In this document: positions 29,173 through 37,704 of the stretch, piece after piece
Numbering within the stretch: position 1 is the stretch's first letter
Layout of the letters: each line of letters starts with the position of its first letter
From: a virus
IMG/VR virus record: IMGVR_UViG_3300050821_017570
Coordinates: 32,001 to 96,000 of that record
Direction: 5' to 3' (one strand)
Length of the DNA: 64,000 nucleotides
Made by a program: the position numbers and the translations under genes
The notes under the pieces: generated by a model
Told to the model about the DNA's origin: nothing
The model's input: the letters and a program-made list of their open reading frames with translations, nothing else
Database searches by the model: none

Positions 29173-29483
29173 ATGATGGCCTGTTCTGTGTCTTCATACG
29201 TGAGAATCCAAGCGGTGCCGTGTGGTTCTACCAGCACGGTGGGCTCGATAAGTTTGGGCTGGCTAAGACCGTGTTGGAGTTTCCACGGCTTGGAAACACG
29301 CTGTAGGTAGGTTATTACCGTGAGACCACCTCGTACGGCGCTACGCTTGAAGAACCAACCACCCAAACGATCCCTGGTATTGTGGTGCCGCATGACCGCC
29401 ATCAACCACGGATCCTCAGGATCATCTGTAGCCTGCCAGAGCTGGAAGTGCCTGAAACAATCGTAGGGGTTCGGAGCCGTCAT
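29169..29483 (-). CDS. Divergent GQIW-family protein
   Basis: FRHFQLWQA ... WILTYED. Confidence 0.45.
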   Translation of the reverse strand: MTAPNPYDCFRHFQLWQATDDPEDPWLMAVMRHHNTRDRLGGWFFKRSAVRGGLTVITYLQRVSKPWKLQHGLSQPKLIEPTVLVEPHGTAWILTYEDTEQAII

Positions 29484-29770
29484 GTTGGACTCCAGACGAG
29501 ATGGATGAGCGGGTAGTTGTCTAGCCCAGTGTGTCCTTTATCGCGGCTCCAAACTCCTCCGTAGCGATAGAACGTATTGGTGGTTGTCCTATGGTCACAA
29601 CTATACTTGGTTTCACAATCAATCGAATCGTCTCGTTTATACCGCTTGATAATCTCAACGATCTGGCAGGTCACCTCTTGATCGTCTGTCATCCAGATCT
29701 GACCGGCCTGTAGGTCACACGGTAAGCACGAGTCCTGGGTTGAACCCATTGGTTTCTCCTCGATAGCCAC
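29480..29770 (-). CDS. GQIW-family array protein (start uncertain)
   Basis: LQAGQIWMTDDQ ... PLIHLVWSPT. Confidence 0.7.
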   Translation of the reverse strand: MAIEEKPMGSTQDSCLPCDLQAGQIWMTDDQEVTCQIVEIIKRYKRDDSIDCETKYSCDHRTTTNTFYRYGGVWSRDKGHTGLDNYPLIHLVWSPT

Positions 29771-30614
29771 GCGGGTTGGCTACCAAACGGGTCTGGTCGA
29801 TATGAAAGTCAAACTCAGTATGGGTGTGACCGAAGCACCAGAGGTCTGGCTGGGTTCGGTAGATCAGATCATCCAGTGGGGCACAGAAATAGGGGTTCAG
29901 CCAATGGCCACGGAACTTTGGCGCAATCGCCTCCTCTGAGGGAATCCAATGGGTCAGCACGATCCGCTTGGGAGTAGGGATCTGCATGGCGCGATCGGCC
30001 CGTCGGAGCCAACCCGTTAGCCTCATCACGGCATCCTGGTGGGCCTCAATATGTCGGGCTGGAGTCCATTCAAACCTATCCCGCATGATGAGGTTCGGGC
30101 TAAAGTCGCTCACCCCTACCGAGGTGAGCCAGCAGTTGAGCCCAACCTCGGTGAGGCCGCCAGGTGGCGTCACCTGAATGGGAACCAACGGGTTCAGTGG
30201 GTTGACCAGTCTGAGGCCGTCACGCTCGATCCGCTGTCTCAGATCGGGGTCCAGCGATATGGTGAGGCCGCTCCACAAGGGGGTTCCGTAGATCTCATAG
30301 GGTTGGCCCCCAACCATCAGGGTGGTGGCCTCGTTGTGAAGCAACGTCACATGCGGACATTCCTGAAGTGCGGCCTTGAAATACGGTGACAGGAGATCTT
30401 TATGCCGGAGATCCTGAGAGTCGGTGTGGTAGAAGTCATGGTTACCGAGCACCAAATAGACAGGCCGTTCAATCTGGTTGAGAAAATCGATCACCAGTTT
30501 GGGTTTAGACCAGTGGCCCAAATCCCCACATACGCAGGTGATGTCGGCCTCCACCTCCGGCAACCCAAGGTAGCGGCCCTCAAGATGGAGATCACTAATG
30601 AGGTGAAGCCGCAT
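29715..30614 (-). CDS. Calcineurin-like metallophosphoesterase
   Basis: SDLH, GD, GNHD, TH, GHTH motifs. Confidence 0.9.
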   Translation of the reverse strand: MRLHLISDLHLEGRYLGLPEVEADITCVCGDLGHWSKPKLVIDFLNQIERPVYLVLGNHDFYHTDSQDLRHKDLLSPYFKAALQECPHVTLLHNEATTLMVGGQPYEIYGTPLWSGLTISLDPDLRQRIERDGLRLVNPLNPLVPIQVTPPGGLTEVGLNCWLTSVGVSDFSPNLIMRDRFEWTPARHIEAHQDAVMRLTGWLRRADRAMQIPTPKRIVLTHWIPSEEAIAPKFRGHWLNPYFCAPLDDLIYRTQPDLWCFGHTHTEFDFHIDQTRLVANPRGYRGETNGFNPGLVLTV

Positions 30615-30869
30615 TTAGCCTTCTGGGTTGTAGATAAGGGTTATGAGATCAAGCCGTTGAGGATCGGTGGTCCCAAGATCATCGAAACGATAATAGGAGC
30701 CATCAGGCGATGGAACCCACCTATACGTTAGATTAGCTAGTCGCATACCATCGGTATGAAACCATCGACACTGTATCCGACCATCTGGCCATGGGTTTGT
30801 ATCTACTTTCAGACGCCAATCCTGATCCCTAGAGAGCCAAATCTGCCCGGCCTTAAGCGGAGCTAGCAC
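30615..30869 (-). CDS. GQIW-family array protein
   Basis: LKAGQIWLSRDQ ... DLITLIYNP; GTG start in junction. Confidence 0.8.
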   Translation of the reverse strand: MLAPLKAGQIWLSRDQDWRLKVDTNPWPDGRIQCRWFHTDGMRLANLTYRWVPSPDGSYYRFDDLGTTDPQRLDLITLIYNPEG

Positions 30870-31120
30870 GGTGGCTCCCACAGCAGAGTGATGAGATCGT
30901 CCTGTGATGGATTACTCGGCAGGAACGCCCAATAGGCATTATTATAGGATGGTCGCCAATGAAGTTTTGTGGCACCGAAACCAGCAGACCCGGTCGAACG
31001 ATCCCGAAACGTGACTTCAAGCCAACCCTCAGTCGACGTAACGGGCTCACCAGTTACCTGGATACGACGATCCTGTCTCCGGCAGAGCCACACCTGGCCC
31101 TGTCGTAGTGGTACTAACAT
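30863..31120 (-). CDS. GQIW-family array protein
   Basis: LRQGQVWLCRRQ ... DLITLLWEPPC. Confidence 0.8.
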   Translation of the reverse strand: MLVPLRQGQVWLCRRQDRRIQVTGEPVTSTEGWLEVTFRDRSTGSAGFGATKLHWRPSYNNAYWAFLPSNPSQDDLITLLWEPPC

Positions 31121-31130
31121 GCAGGCCCCT

Positions 31131-31871
31131 TTAGCGTGGGGTTGTGTGCCTCAAACTGCCAGACAGACGGAAGCTGCGACGCTCCCGTCGTGACCCCACG
31201 GGGGCCGCATGAGCCATCCGGAATCTGCGGACCTCAGCATCGCTCACACCCTCTAGGGACGCGAACTCAAAATTCGTCGCTTGGTTCCACCGCATGGTAT
31301 GCAGGTCGAAATACCCAATGTAACCACCCTTGGCCAACTCAAACGCTCGGTGAACGTTCTGCCGGAAGCTACACGGGCCGACAAACCCAGGTTCGAACCA
31401 CTGAGGGGTCACGAAGTCACTCACGAGGGTGTTGTTGATCTTATACCCTAACGAGTCGTCTTCGACCGCATCAGCTACCTCGTAAGCCATGATGCGTGCG
31501 GTATGTGGGTCCAACACCGAGAGATTAACGTAGGGGTCTAAAATTTGCTCAAGAAGTTCGTGACTCACCGTAACTGACAACGCGTCGCCCGCCTGCTGGT
31601 CCGCCCGGGCAAACACCTTGCCGATCGGCTTGCCTGAGCTACTAAGGTCGTGGTATCCAAGCGCTCCAGCCTGATCCGCATCGTCCAGAATCAGCAGCTG
31701 CCAACACGCCGGGTCGATCGGATCGGTTCGACCGCAGAACTCCAGATGTGCATCAAGATCCCAGATTGGTGCAAAGTCCCTACTGATCTGGGTTTGAAGA
31801 TCTGGCACCATTGCCGCCACCACCGCATCTGATGTAATGGTCGAATGGTTAATCAGGCTGATACAGATCAT
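31131..31871 (-). CDS. Zincin-like metallopeptidase
   Basis: ALGYHD..VSHELLEQILDP..YEVADAVE pattern. Confidence 0.6.
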   Translation of the reverse strand: MICISLINHSTITSDAVVAAMVPDLQTQISRDFAPIWDLDAHLEFCGRTDPIDPACWQLLILDDADQAGALGYHDLSSSGKPIGKVFARADQQAGDALSVTVSHELLEQILDPYVNLSVLDPHTARIMAYEVADAVEDDSLGYKINNTLVSDFVTPQWFEPGFVGPCSFRQNVHRAFELAKGGYIGYFDLHTMRWNQATNFEFASLEGVSDAEVRRFRMAHAAPVGSRRERRSFRLSGSLRHTTPR

Positions 31872-31886
31872 GTGGGACCTCGCCGG

Positions 31887-32171
31887 CTAACCTACTTGGT
31901 CGATTGGGTCCCACAAGAGGGTGATGAGGTCAGTTATGCGTACAATGTCCGGCAGCTCGTCTGAAGAGCACTCGTGCCAATAGTCGCCGGTGCGGCCGAC
32001 TTGGTATCGGAAAACCATTGGCAACCAACGCCGTCCAGGTTGCTTCCACGAGTAGGGTTGCATCAGAGTATCAAACGCATCGTCATGCGGCGTAATCTTT
32101 ATGATCTGAAACGTAACATGCTGGCCGCGCACCAACCAGATCTGCCCATCCCTAAGCGGCGTGAGGGTCAT
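31887..32171 (-). CDS. GQIW-family array protein
   Basis: LRDGQIWLVRGQ ... DLITLLWDP. Confidence 0.8.
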   Translation of the reverse strand: MTLTPLRDGQIWLVRGQHVTFQIIKITPHDDAFDTLMQPYSWKQPGRRWLPMVFRYQVGRTGDYWHECSSDELPDIVRITDLITLLWDPIDQVG

Positions 32172-32415
32172 ACAGACAGACAGACAGACAGACGATCATT
32201 GTGAGATTAGCAACCCCTGGGATGACCAACGTACCGTCCTGCTCATGAACAGAGCCCCAGGTCAGCTGCCTGCCACGCTGCACGCGGCTCAGTAGGTCGG
32301 TCGTGGTCACGTAGTAATGGGTACTACGGTCTTCCTGTACCTGTATGGCGTCGATTCGTAACCACGTAAATTGTTCGAGCGTCTGCCAGATTTGTCCGAT
32401 TCGGATTGGCGTCAC
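32152..32415 (-). CDS. GQIW-family array protein
   Basis: IRIGQIWQTLEQ ... VCLYDP. Confidence 0.75.
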   Translation of the reverse strand: MTPIRIGQIWQTLEQFTWLRIDAIQVQEDRSTHYYVTTTDLLSRVQRGRQLTWGSVHEQDGTLVIPGVANLTMIVCLSVCLYDPHAA

Positions 32416-32651
32416 GTGGGCTCCCACAGCAGGTTGGTGAGTACGAAGTTGTCACAATGGTAGTACTCACCCTTCGGCACAAACGTACGTTCAAACGTGG
32501 CTTCATCTAACCGAGCGTTGTAGTCGTCACTGTATGTGAAGCTGAGCCAGATGTTGTGCCGGACGTGCTGGCCAATCAGGACACGGGAATCGTGACCCGA
32601 CAGGCCAAGCCGGTGGATCAGCCAGCGCTGACCCGTCTGCAGTCGTATCAT
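32412..32651 (-). CDS. GQIW-family array protein
   Basis: LQTGQRW ... LTNLLWEPT. Confidence 0.75.
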   Translation of the reverse strand: MIRLQTGQRWLIHRLGLSGHDSRVLIGQHVRHNIWLSFTYSDDYNARLDEATFERTFVPKGEYYHCDNFVLTNLLWEPT

Positions 32652-32920
32652 GGTGGGCTCCATAGTAGGTAGGTTGGGTCGCCAGGGACGGGGTTGAAAT
32701 CATCATGGTGGTACCAACCATAGTGGGCTGGATCACTGTGAAAGCGAATCAGCAGCAACGTTGTGCCTGGCGTACCGTCCTCACGGGGCAACCACGATGA
32801 CTCGGCTTCACACCACCAGTGGGTTCCATCATACGATTGGAACCCAACCGTTCGTATGAGTCGGCGGCCACACTGATTCCGGCTCAGCCAGATCTGACCT
32901 ACTCGTAATGGTTCGGTCAT
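32648..32920 (-). CDS. GQIW-family array protein
   Basis: LRVGQIWLSRNQ ... DPTYLLWSPP. Confidence 0.8.
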   Translation of the reverse strand: MTEPLRVGQIWLSRNQCGRRLIRTVGFQSYDGTHWWCEAESSWLPREDGTPGTTLLLIRFHSDPAHYGWYHHDDFNPVPGDPTYLLWSPP

Positions 32921-33204
32921 GTGGGCTCCCACAACAACTGCATGAGGTCCCACGGCTGGACATCGGATTCAGCCCAACGGTGACAGCTAGGGTCGAGGTC
33001 ACTCACGTACCACCAGTTCTGTTGTCCACAGAACCCACGATCCGTCCCACCAGGCGAGCAACGCATCGCCTGGACCGCATACTGGGCACGCTTCCTACCA
33101 TCCATACCTGACGGACGGATGACTCTGAAGACCTGAACCCGTAGGTTGGGGTTTCGACACAGCCAGACCTGGCCCTCACGGATCGACACCAGCTCACCTG
33201 TCAT
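32917..33204 (-). CDS. GQIW-family array protein
   Basis: IREGQVWLCRN ... DLMQLLWEPT. Confidence 0.8.
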   Translation of the reverse strand: MTGELVSIREGQVWLCRNPNLRVQVFRVIRPSGMDGRKRAQYAVQAMRCSPGGTDRGFCGQQNWWYVSDLDPSCHRWAESDVQPWDLMQLLWEPT

Positions 33205-33520
33205 CGCCAGACCCACGGAGCGTGCCGCGTGCGATGCGGCCCTCGATTTTCTGTTGTGAAAGTTCCAAGATGGTAGACATGCTGACTCCATAGTGGGTCG
33301 CTAGACTAGAGATGATGATCATCAGGTCGCCCAGCTCCAACAGCAAGTGGGGCAGGTCGATTGGTGTCCCATCCCTCAGGTGCTTCTTAATCAGTTCGAT
33401 CGCCTCTCCGGCCTCGCCTCCGAGGTTCAGACCCAGGAGCGCCAGATGGGGAAGCCCTTCGGCCTGTGGGTGTGGCTTCGCCGCCATCCAGGCTTGGTAC
33501 GTATCGATGTTAGGGTCCAT
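33194..33520 (-). CDS. mazG: MazG-like nucleotide pyrophosphohydrolase
   Basis: LGGEAGEAIELIKKHLRD..ELGDL..KIEGR..RGTLRGSGDDR; start refined to MDPNID. Confidence 0.9.
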   Translation of the reverse strand: MDPNIDTYQAWMAAKPHPQAEGLPHLALLGLNLGGEAGEAIELIKKHLRDGTPIDLPHLLLELGDLMIIISSLATHYGVSMSTILELSQQKIEGRIARGTLRGSGDDR

Positions 33521-33821
33521 GGATGTCCGGATCGTAAATGAGATGAACCAACTGCAGGGGTCGGGTATGCCGTCGGTAGTCAACCAGCCACTGTGGGGTA
33601 AAGAACTGATGGTTGCCGGATAGCCGGAATCCCAGCCCGCTCACCACACAATGCCGGTCACCCAGCGCGCCGCCTTCATAGACCGGCTCGTAATCGTGAC
33701 ACCATCCGTCACACAGGTAGGTTTGATGGTCCGGTACGTAGGTGACCCGCACCAGCTGATAAACAACCTGCTGGTTTCGACACTGCCAGACCTGACGGTC
33801 TTTGAGTTGCTTCGGTATCAT
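33510..33821 (-). CDS. GQIW-family array protein
   Basis: LKDRQVWQCRNQ ... LVHLIYDP. Confidence 0.75.
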   Translation of the reverse strand: MIPKQLKDRQVWQCRNQQVVYQLVRVTYVPDHQTYLCDGWCHDYEPVYEGGALGDRHCVVSGLGFRLSGNHQFFTPQWLVDYRRHTRPLQLVHLIYDPDIHGP

Positions 33822-34090
33822 GGTGGCCCCCACAGCAGGATCATCAGGTCGTCCGGTGCAAAACGTTCGGTCTGGTGATAATGCCAGGTCTGATCAGTTG
33901 GATCGAACCGAAAGGCGTGGTGGTGTATGCTACCCCACCCACCCTGCTTACCATTCCAGAAGTTAGCCTGCTGATAACTCACCTCTGCTGTCATGTCCTC
34001 TACGGCGATCACGGGGTCGGTGACGATGAAACAGCGATAGTGCTGGTACCGTAGCTGCCAGATCTGACCCACCCGGAGCGGGACTAGCAT
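33818..34090 (-). CDS. GQIW-family array protein
   Basis: LRVGQIWQLRYQ ... DLMILLWGPP. Confidence 0.8.
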   Translation of the reverse strand: MLVPLRVGQIWQLRYQHYRCFIVTDPVIAVEDMTAEVSYQQANFWNGKQGGWGSIHHHAFRFDPTDQTWHYHQTERFAPDDLMILLWGPP

Positions 34091-34347
34091 GGCGGTTCCC
34101 ACAGCAGGATCACCAGGTCTAATGACCGATCCATAGGGCTATAACGGTTCCCTGCTGCCTGCAGCTCACCTTGATAGTAGTCGCCCCGGTCGCTCCATCG
34201 GATCCAACTGGTTCCATAGGTTTGGACCGGATTATGGTCGACCTGCTCGACAAAATAGCCTCCTGACGGCTCAGCAATCTGCTGAAAGTGGTAGCGATAT
34301 CGCTGATTCCGACACATCCAGATTTGTCCTGCTCTCAAAGCTAGCAT
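34084..34347 (-). CDS. GQIW-family array protein
   Basis: LRAGQIWMCRNQ ... DLVILLWEPPC. Confidence 0.8.
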   Translation of the reverse strand: MLALRAGQIWMCRNQRYRYHFQQIAEPSGGYFVEQVDHNPVQTYGTSWIRWSDRGDYYQGELQAAGNRYSPMDRSLDLVILLWEPPC

Positions 34348-34649
34348 GGTGGCTCCCACAGAAGGGTTATGAGGTCATGTTTCAGATCAGGCAGCCCTAT
34401 GAGGCCAAACCAACGGTAGTAGGTCTGGCAATCGGAGACACAGAACGTTACGCCGCTGGTTTCATGACTCAGCGTCCGCTCGTCTAGGATGACGCGAAAA
34501 TGACCGCCCCACACCTGTTCTGACATCTGGTGCTGACGTCGATGATCGGCACCATACTGAGCAGGCCCGTACTGGAGCCGTAGGATTTGATATCGTGCCG
34601 ATTGGTCTCGACACAACCAAATCTGATCTGGTTTCAATGGGGCTAGCAT
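34341..34649 (-). CDS. GQIW-family array protein
   Basis: LKPDQIWLCRDQ ... DLITLLWEPPC. Confidence 0.8.
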   Translation of the reverse strand: MLAPLKPDQIWLCRDQSARYQILRLQYGPAQYGADHRRQHQMSEQVWGGHFRVILDERTLSHETSGVTFCVSDCQTYYRWFGLIGLPDLKHDLITLLWEPPC

Positions 34650-34897
34650 GGTGGATCCCAGAGACAGACGATAAGGATTCGGTCAGGATGGAGGGTTGAC
34701 AGCTGGTAGTACCCATCAGGATGTGGGACAAACTCTCGCCACGTCTCTATCTGCTCAGGACGGGGTGGTCGCTCCCGTAGTGGCGCGTACAGATAGCTGC
34801 ACCAGATGGTATGCCGTACATGCTTACCGATATGGATCCGTATGCCCTCGCGGTCACTCATCAGCCAGATCTGACCCTGTCTAAGCGGTGGGGTCAT
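34643..34897 (-). CDS. GQIW-family array protein
   Basis: LRQGQIWLM ... LIVCLWDPPC. Confidence 0.8.
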   Translation of the reverse strand: MTPPLRQGQIWLMSDREGIRIHIGKHVRHTIWCSYLYAPLRERPPRPEQIETWREFVPHPDGYYQLSTLHPDRILIVCLWDPPC

Positions 34898-35129
34898 ACA
34901 TCAGCCCCATGAGGTCAAACCCACGATAGGATTGGCCCTTCTGCTCCCAAATCCCTTCGTTCCACCGGACGTTCCAAATGAGATTGCCGGTATAGCCGCC
35001 ACTAAACTGGAGATAGGAAAACCTGATGTTGTAGCCGCTACCATCGGGTCGCACCTCCTCAAGCGTCAAACGATACTGCTGGTTACGGGTCAGCCAGACT
35101 TGGCCGACCTTCAGTTGGATTCGATCCAT
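34881..35129 (-). CDS. GQIW-family array protein
   Basis: LKVGQVWLTRNQ ... DLMGLMYDPT. Confidence 0.8.
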   Translation of the reverse strand: MDRIQLKVGQVWLTRNQQYRLTLEEVRPDGSGYNIRFSYLQFSGGYTGNLIWNVRWNEGIWEQKGQSYRGFDLMGLMYDPTA

Positions 35130-35132
35130 AGG

Positions 35133-35420
35133 TTAGCCTTTGGGTTCCCACAAGAGAGTTATGAGATCACAGTTACGATAGTCATGAAGCTCGTTTTGAG
35201 CCGCCGTCAGCGCGGCATTATGGTAGCGATAACAGAGTGGCTGACGGATCCAGCAGACTTGGTTAAACGGGCCGAACCTCTCATCAGGCGTGGTCCACCA
35301 GCCGTACCCATCAACCAGGTATCGATCTGGCTGTGGGGCAGCCACCACCCTATGGAGTCGCACGCGCCACCAACCCGATCGGGCCATCCAGATCTGACCC
35401 GGTCTAACCTGGGGGATCAT
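35133..35420 (-). CDS. GQIW-family array protein
   Basis: VRPGQIWMARS ... DLITLLWEP. Confidence 0.8.
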   Translation of the reverse strand: MIPQVRPGQIWMARSGWWRVRLHRVVAAPQPDRYLVDGYGWWTTPDERFGPFNQVCWIRQPLCYRYHNAALTAAQNELHDYRNCDLITLLWEPKG

Positions 35421-35700
35421 ACCGTAGCCAGACGAGGTCGTCGATATCGGCCCGAAACGCACCATCGGCATTGCAGTAGCAGATCGACTCGCCTCGTGGG
35501 CACCAATAGACACGATCAACCGTACGGTCAACCGTCTGGGTGGCAAAATCCTCACTCAGCCGGATGATTTCGCGCTGCACCCGAACCATCTCTCCGTCTG
35601 ACGTATCGGATTCTACCCACACGCCCAGTACCCGCAGGGTAGCGAGACTCCTCGGGTTCCGAAACTGCCAGATCTGCCCGACCCTAAGTGGATGGCTCAT
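35404..35700 (-). CDS. GQIW-family array protein
   Basis: LRVGQIWQFRN ... DLVWLRYDPP. Confidence 0.8.
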   Translation of the reverse strand: MSHPLRVGQIWQFRNPRSLATLRVLGVWVESDTSDGEMVRVQREIIRLSEDFATQTVDRTVDRVYWCPRGESICYCNADGAFRADIDDLVWLRYDPPG

Positions 35701-35932
35701 ACAGGCACGTGACGAGGTCATAGTTTTCTGACATCCGATTGGTTCGGGCCCAACAGTCGGGCTGATCACAGTAGCTGAACTGTTCGCGCGGCCACTGATG
35801 ACCGTCATACATGTCATACGTCGTTACCGTCAGCGTAACGGTCCGATTCGAGTGAGTCGTAATCTCACGGATCAGGAACCGCCGGTTCTGGCCGCGGTTC
35901 ATCCAGATCTGGCCAATCTTAAGTGGGGTCAT
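35684..35932 (-). CDS. GQIW-family array protein
   Basis: LKIGQIWMNRGQ ... DLVTCLYEP. Confidence 0.8.
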   Translation of the reverse strand: MTPLKIGQIWMNRGQNRRFLIREITTHSNRTVTLTVTTYDMYDGHQWPREQFSYCDQPDCWARTNRMSENYDLVTCLYEPST

Positions 35933-36191
35933 AGATCAGACTCGTGAGATCGTATTCATCGTTTTGTGACCCCACCCGATCGTAGTGGTAGACCGGCGAA
36001 CCTGATCGTTGGTACAGCGTTATATCAAGATCCATGTCCTCCATTCCCTCACCGAGATCGAGGTGGTCCCAGCGACCCTGAATCCGGTAACGAACACATC
36101 GGGTGAACCGCCGGACCGTGACGCGTTCGATGTGGTAGCGGGCCTGCTGATCCCTACTCAGCCAGACCTGACCCACCCTAAGCGGGCGCAT
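35919..36191 (-). CDS. GQIW-family array protein
   Basis: LRVGQVWLSRDQ ... DLTSLIYDPT. Confidence 0.8.
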   Translation of the reverse strand: MRPLRVGQVWLSRDQQARYHIERVTVRRFTRCVRYRIQGRWDHLDLGEGMEDMDLDITLYQRSGSPVYHYDRVGSQNDEYDLTSLIYDPT

Positions 36192-36429
36192 ATAGCATCT
36201 GCACGAGGTCTAACGGTGGTGCGTGCAGCCCACGTCCAAGCGCATTGATCCACAATTGCCAGCATCGGGTTGGTTCATCCCACCGGTGGCATCGTTCGGT
36301 TGCGTCGTCATGCAGTATGAGACCGTTATCGTCAACCCACTCGTAGTACCCCTGATCAGGGCCGGTGACGCAGAAGGTATAGCGTTGGCCCCGACACTGC
36401 CAGATTTGTCCAGCTCTTAAAGCTAGCAT
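36178..36429 (-). CDS. GQIW-family array protein
   Basis: LRAGQIWQCRGQ ... DLVQMLYAP. Confidence 0.8.
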   Translation of the reverse strand: MLALRAGQIWQCRGQRYTFCVTGPDQGYYEWVDDNGLILHDDATERCHRWDEPTRCWQLWINALGRGLHAPPLDLVQMLYAPA

Positions 36430-36722
36430 GGTGGCTCCCACAGCAGGCTGATGAGTCGATACGCCATTGTCAGTTCACATTTTAATGGTCCAATGGGAAA
36501 TCCGTCGCGCGCACCCGGAACGGTGGTCCACCAACCACCCTCATACCAGCAGAACGGCCGTCGAAATTCGGTCTTAATGTGTCGGCTGGTCTCTAGGCTG
36601 CTACCCACGTAACTGTACCAGATCGAGTCGGTGTCATGGGCGCCAATGAAAATCCGATTACGATGGTTCTGGTCCATCGCTCCACTGAGCTGCCACTGCT
36701 GACCCATCCGCAGGGCAATCAT
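36423..36722 (-). CDS. GQIW-family array protein
   Basis: LRMGQQWQL ... RLISLLWEPPC. Confidence 0.8.
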   Translation of the reverse strand: MIALRMGQQWQLSGAMDQNHRNRIFIGAHDTDSIWYSYVGSSLETSRHIKTEFRRPFCWYEGGWWTTVPGARDGFPIGPLKCELTMAYRLISLLWEPPC

Positions 36723-36952
36723 GGTGGATCCCACAGTAGCGTGATGAGCCGATGAGCCTGATCGATTCGCCAGAAGCCGTTTGACTCATAGATACGTCGC
36801 ATGGTCCAGTCCTCAAAAGGAATTCGGTTACGATCCATTCCATACCAGGTCCTCCATACCTGCTCTTTCACATGACAACCGACAAACAGCCGGTTTGGAT
36901 GAAGGTCCAGTACATCGACCAGCCAGATCTGACCTTCTCGTATGGCAATCAT
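36719..36952 (-). CDS. GQIW-family array protein
   Basis: IREGQIWLV ... RLITLLWDPP. Confidence 0.8.
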   Translation of the reverse strand: MIAIREGQIWLVDVLDLHPNRLFVGCHVKEQVWRTWYGMDRNRIPFEDWTMRRIYESNGFWRIDQAHRLITLLWDPP

Positions 36953-37188
36953 GGTGGGTCCCACAGCAGGTTGATAAGTCGATGACTCAGGTCGAATGCC
37001 CACACGGGGCCAGCCCTACGGATCGTGCGGGTCGTCCAGATTCGGGTATTTGGGTCTGGGTCGATCCCATACCAGGTTCGCCAGTCCTCACCCGTCACGT
37101 GTGCGCCAATAAACAGCCTATTCGGATGGTTGGCCCGAATGGTGGAATCCACCTGCCAGATCTGGCCCGACCGGATAGGACTCAACAC
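36949..37188 (-). CDS. GQIW-family array protein
   Basis: IRSGQIWQV ... RLINLLWDPP. Confidence 0.8.
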   Translation of the reverse strand: MLSPIRSGQIWQVDSTIRANHPNRLFIGAHVTGEDWRTWYGIDPDPNTRIWTTRTIRRAGPVWAFDLSHRLINLLWDPP

Positions 37189-37445
37189 GATCGCTCCCAC
37201 AGTAGGATCATCAGATCGTTAGGGCCAGGCCCGGTGCTGTAGTGGTGGCAACCAAGCTGATCGTCTGGCCACCAATAGATGGTACTCCATCCGTTTGACC
37301 CACTGGATCGGTTCAGATGGGCGTGAAATTGGTGCCAAATACGTGTGCCATCGTCGTGATCACCAATGTAGCGGCCAATGGTGGCTCGATACGCCTGAGC
37401 CCGGCACAGCCAGATCTGACCCTCTCTAAGCGGCGGGAGGATCAT
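37182..37445 (-). CDS. GQIW-family array protein
   Basis: LREGQIWLCRAQ ... DLMILLWER. Confidence 0.8.
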   Translation of the reverse strand: MILPPLREGQIWLCRAQAYRATIGRYIGDHDDGTRIWHQFHAHLNRSSGSNGWSTIYWWPDDQLGCHHYSTGPGPNDLMILLWERSC

Positions 37446-37704
37446 ACAGGCAAACCGTGAGATCGAACTCGTTGGGGTGACCGGAGCGGTTGCGGCACCA
37501 GGCCTGCCCGACTCCGCTGTATTCCCAATCCGTGCTACCGGCGTCACCGTTATCGTGGATCCGATGGACGGTAAAGCTGACCCTCAGTTGGGGCGGACTA
37601 CCACGCTGATCGGCGATGCTCTTGATGTGAAATCGGTACTGTTGGTAACGGGTCATCCAGATCTGACCGGGCCGAAGCTGTACTGGCGTATCAGTGGGTT
37701 CCAT
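37426..37704 (-). CDS. GQIW-family array protein
   Basis: LRPGQIWMTRYQ ... DLTVCLYDPP. Confidence 0.8.
   Translation of the reverse strand: MEPTDTPVQLRPGQIWMTRYQQYRFHIKSIADQRGSPPQLRVSFTVHRIHDNGDAGSTDWEYSGVGQAWCRNRSGHPNEFDLTVCLYDPPAA

Noticed and set aside
34345-34353. GCCACCATG matches the eukaryotic Kozak core
   Set aside because: Explained by Glu-Pro-Pro codons plus a GGAG Shine-Dalgarno; gene content and overlaps are bacterial-phage-like
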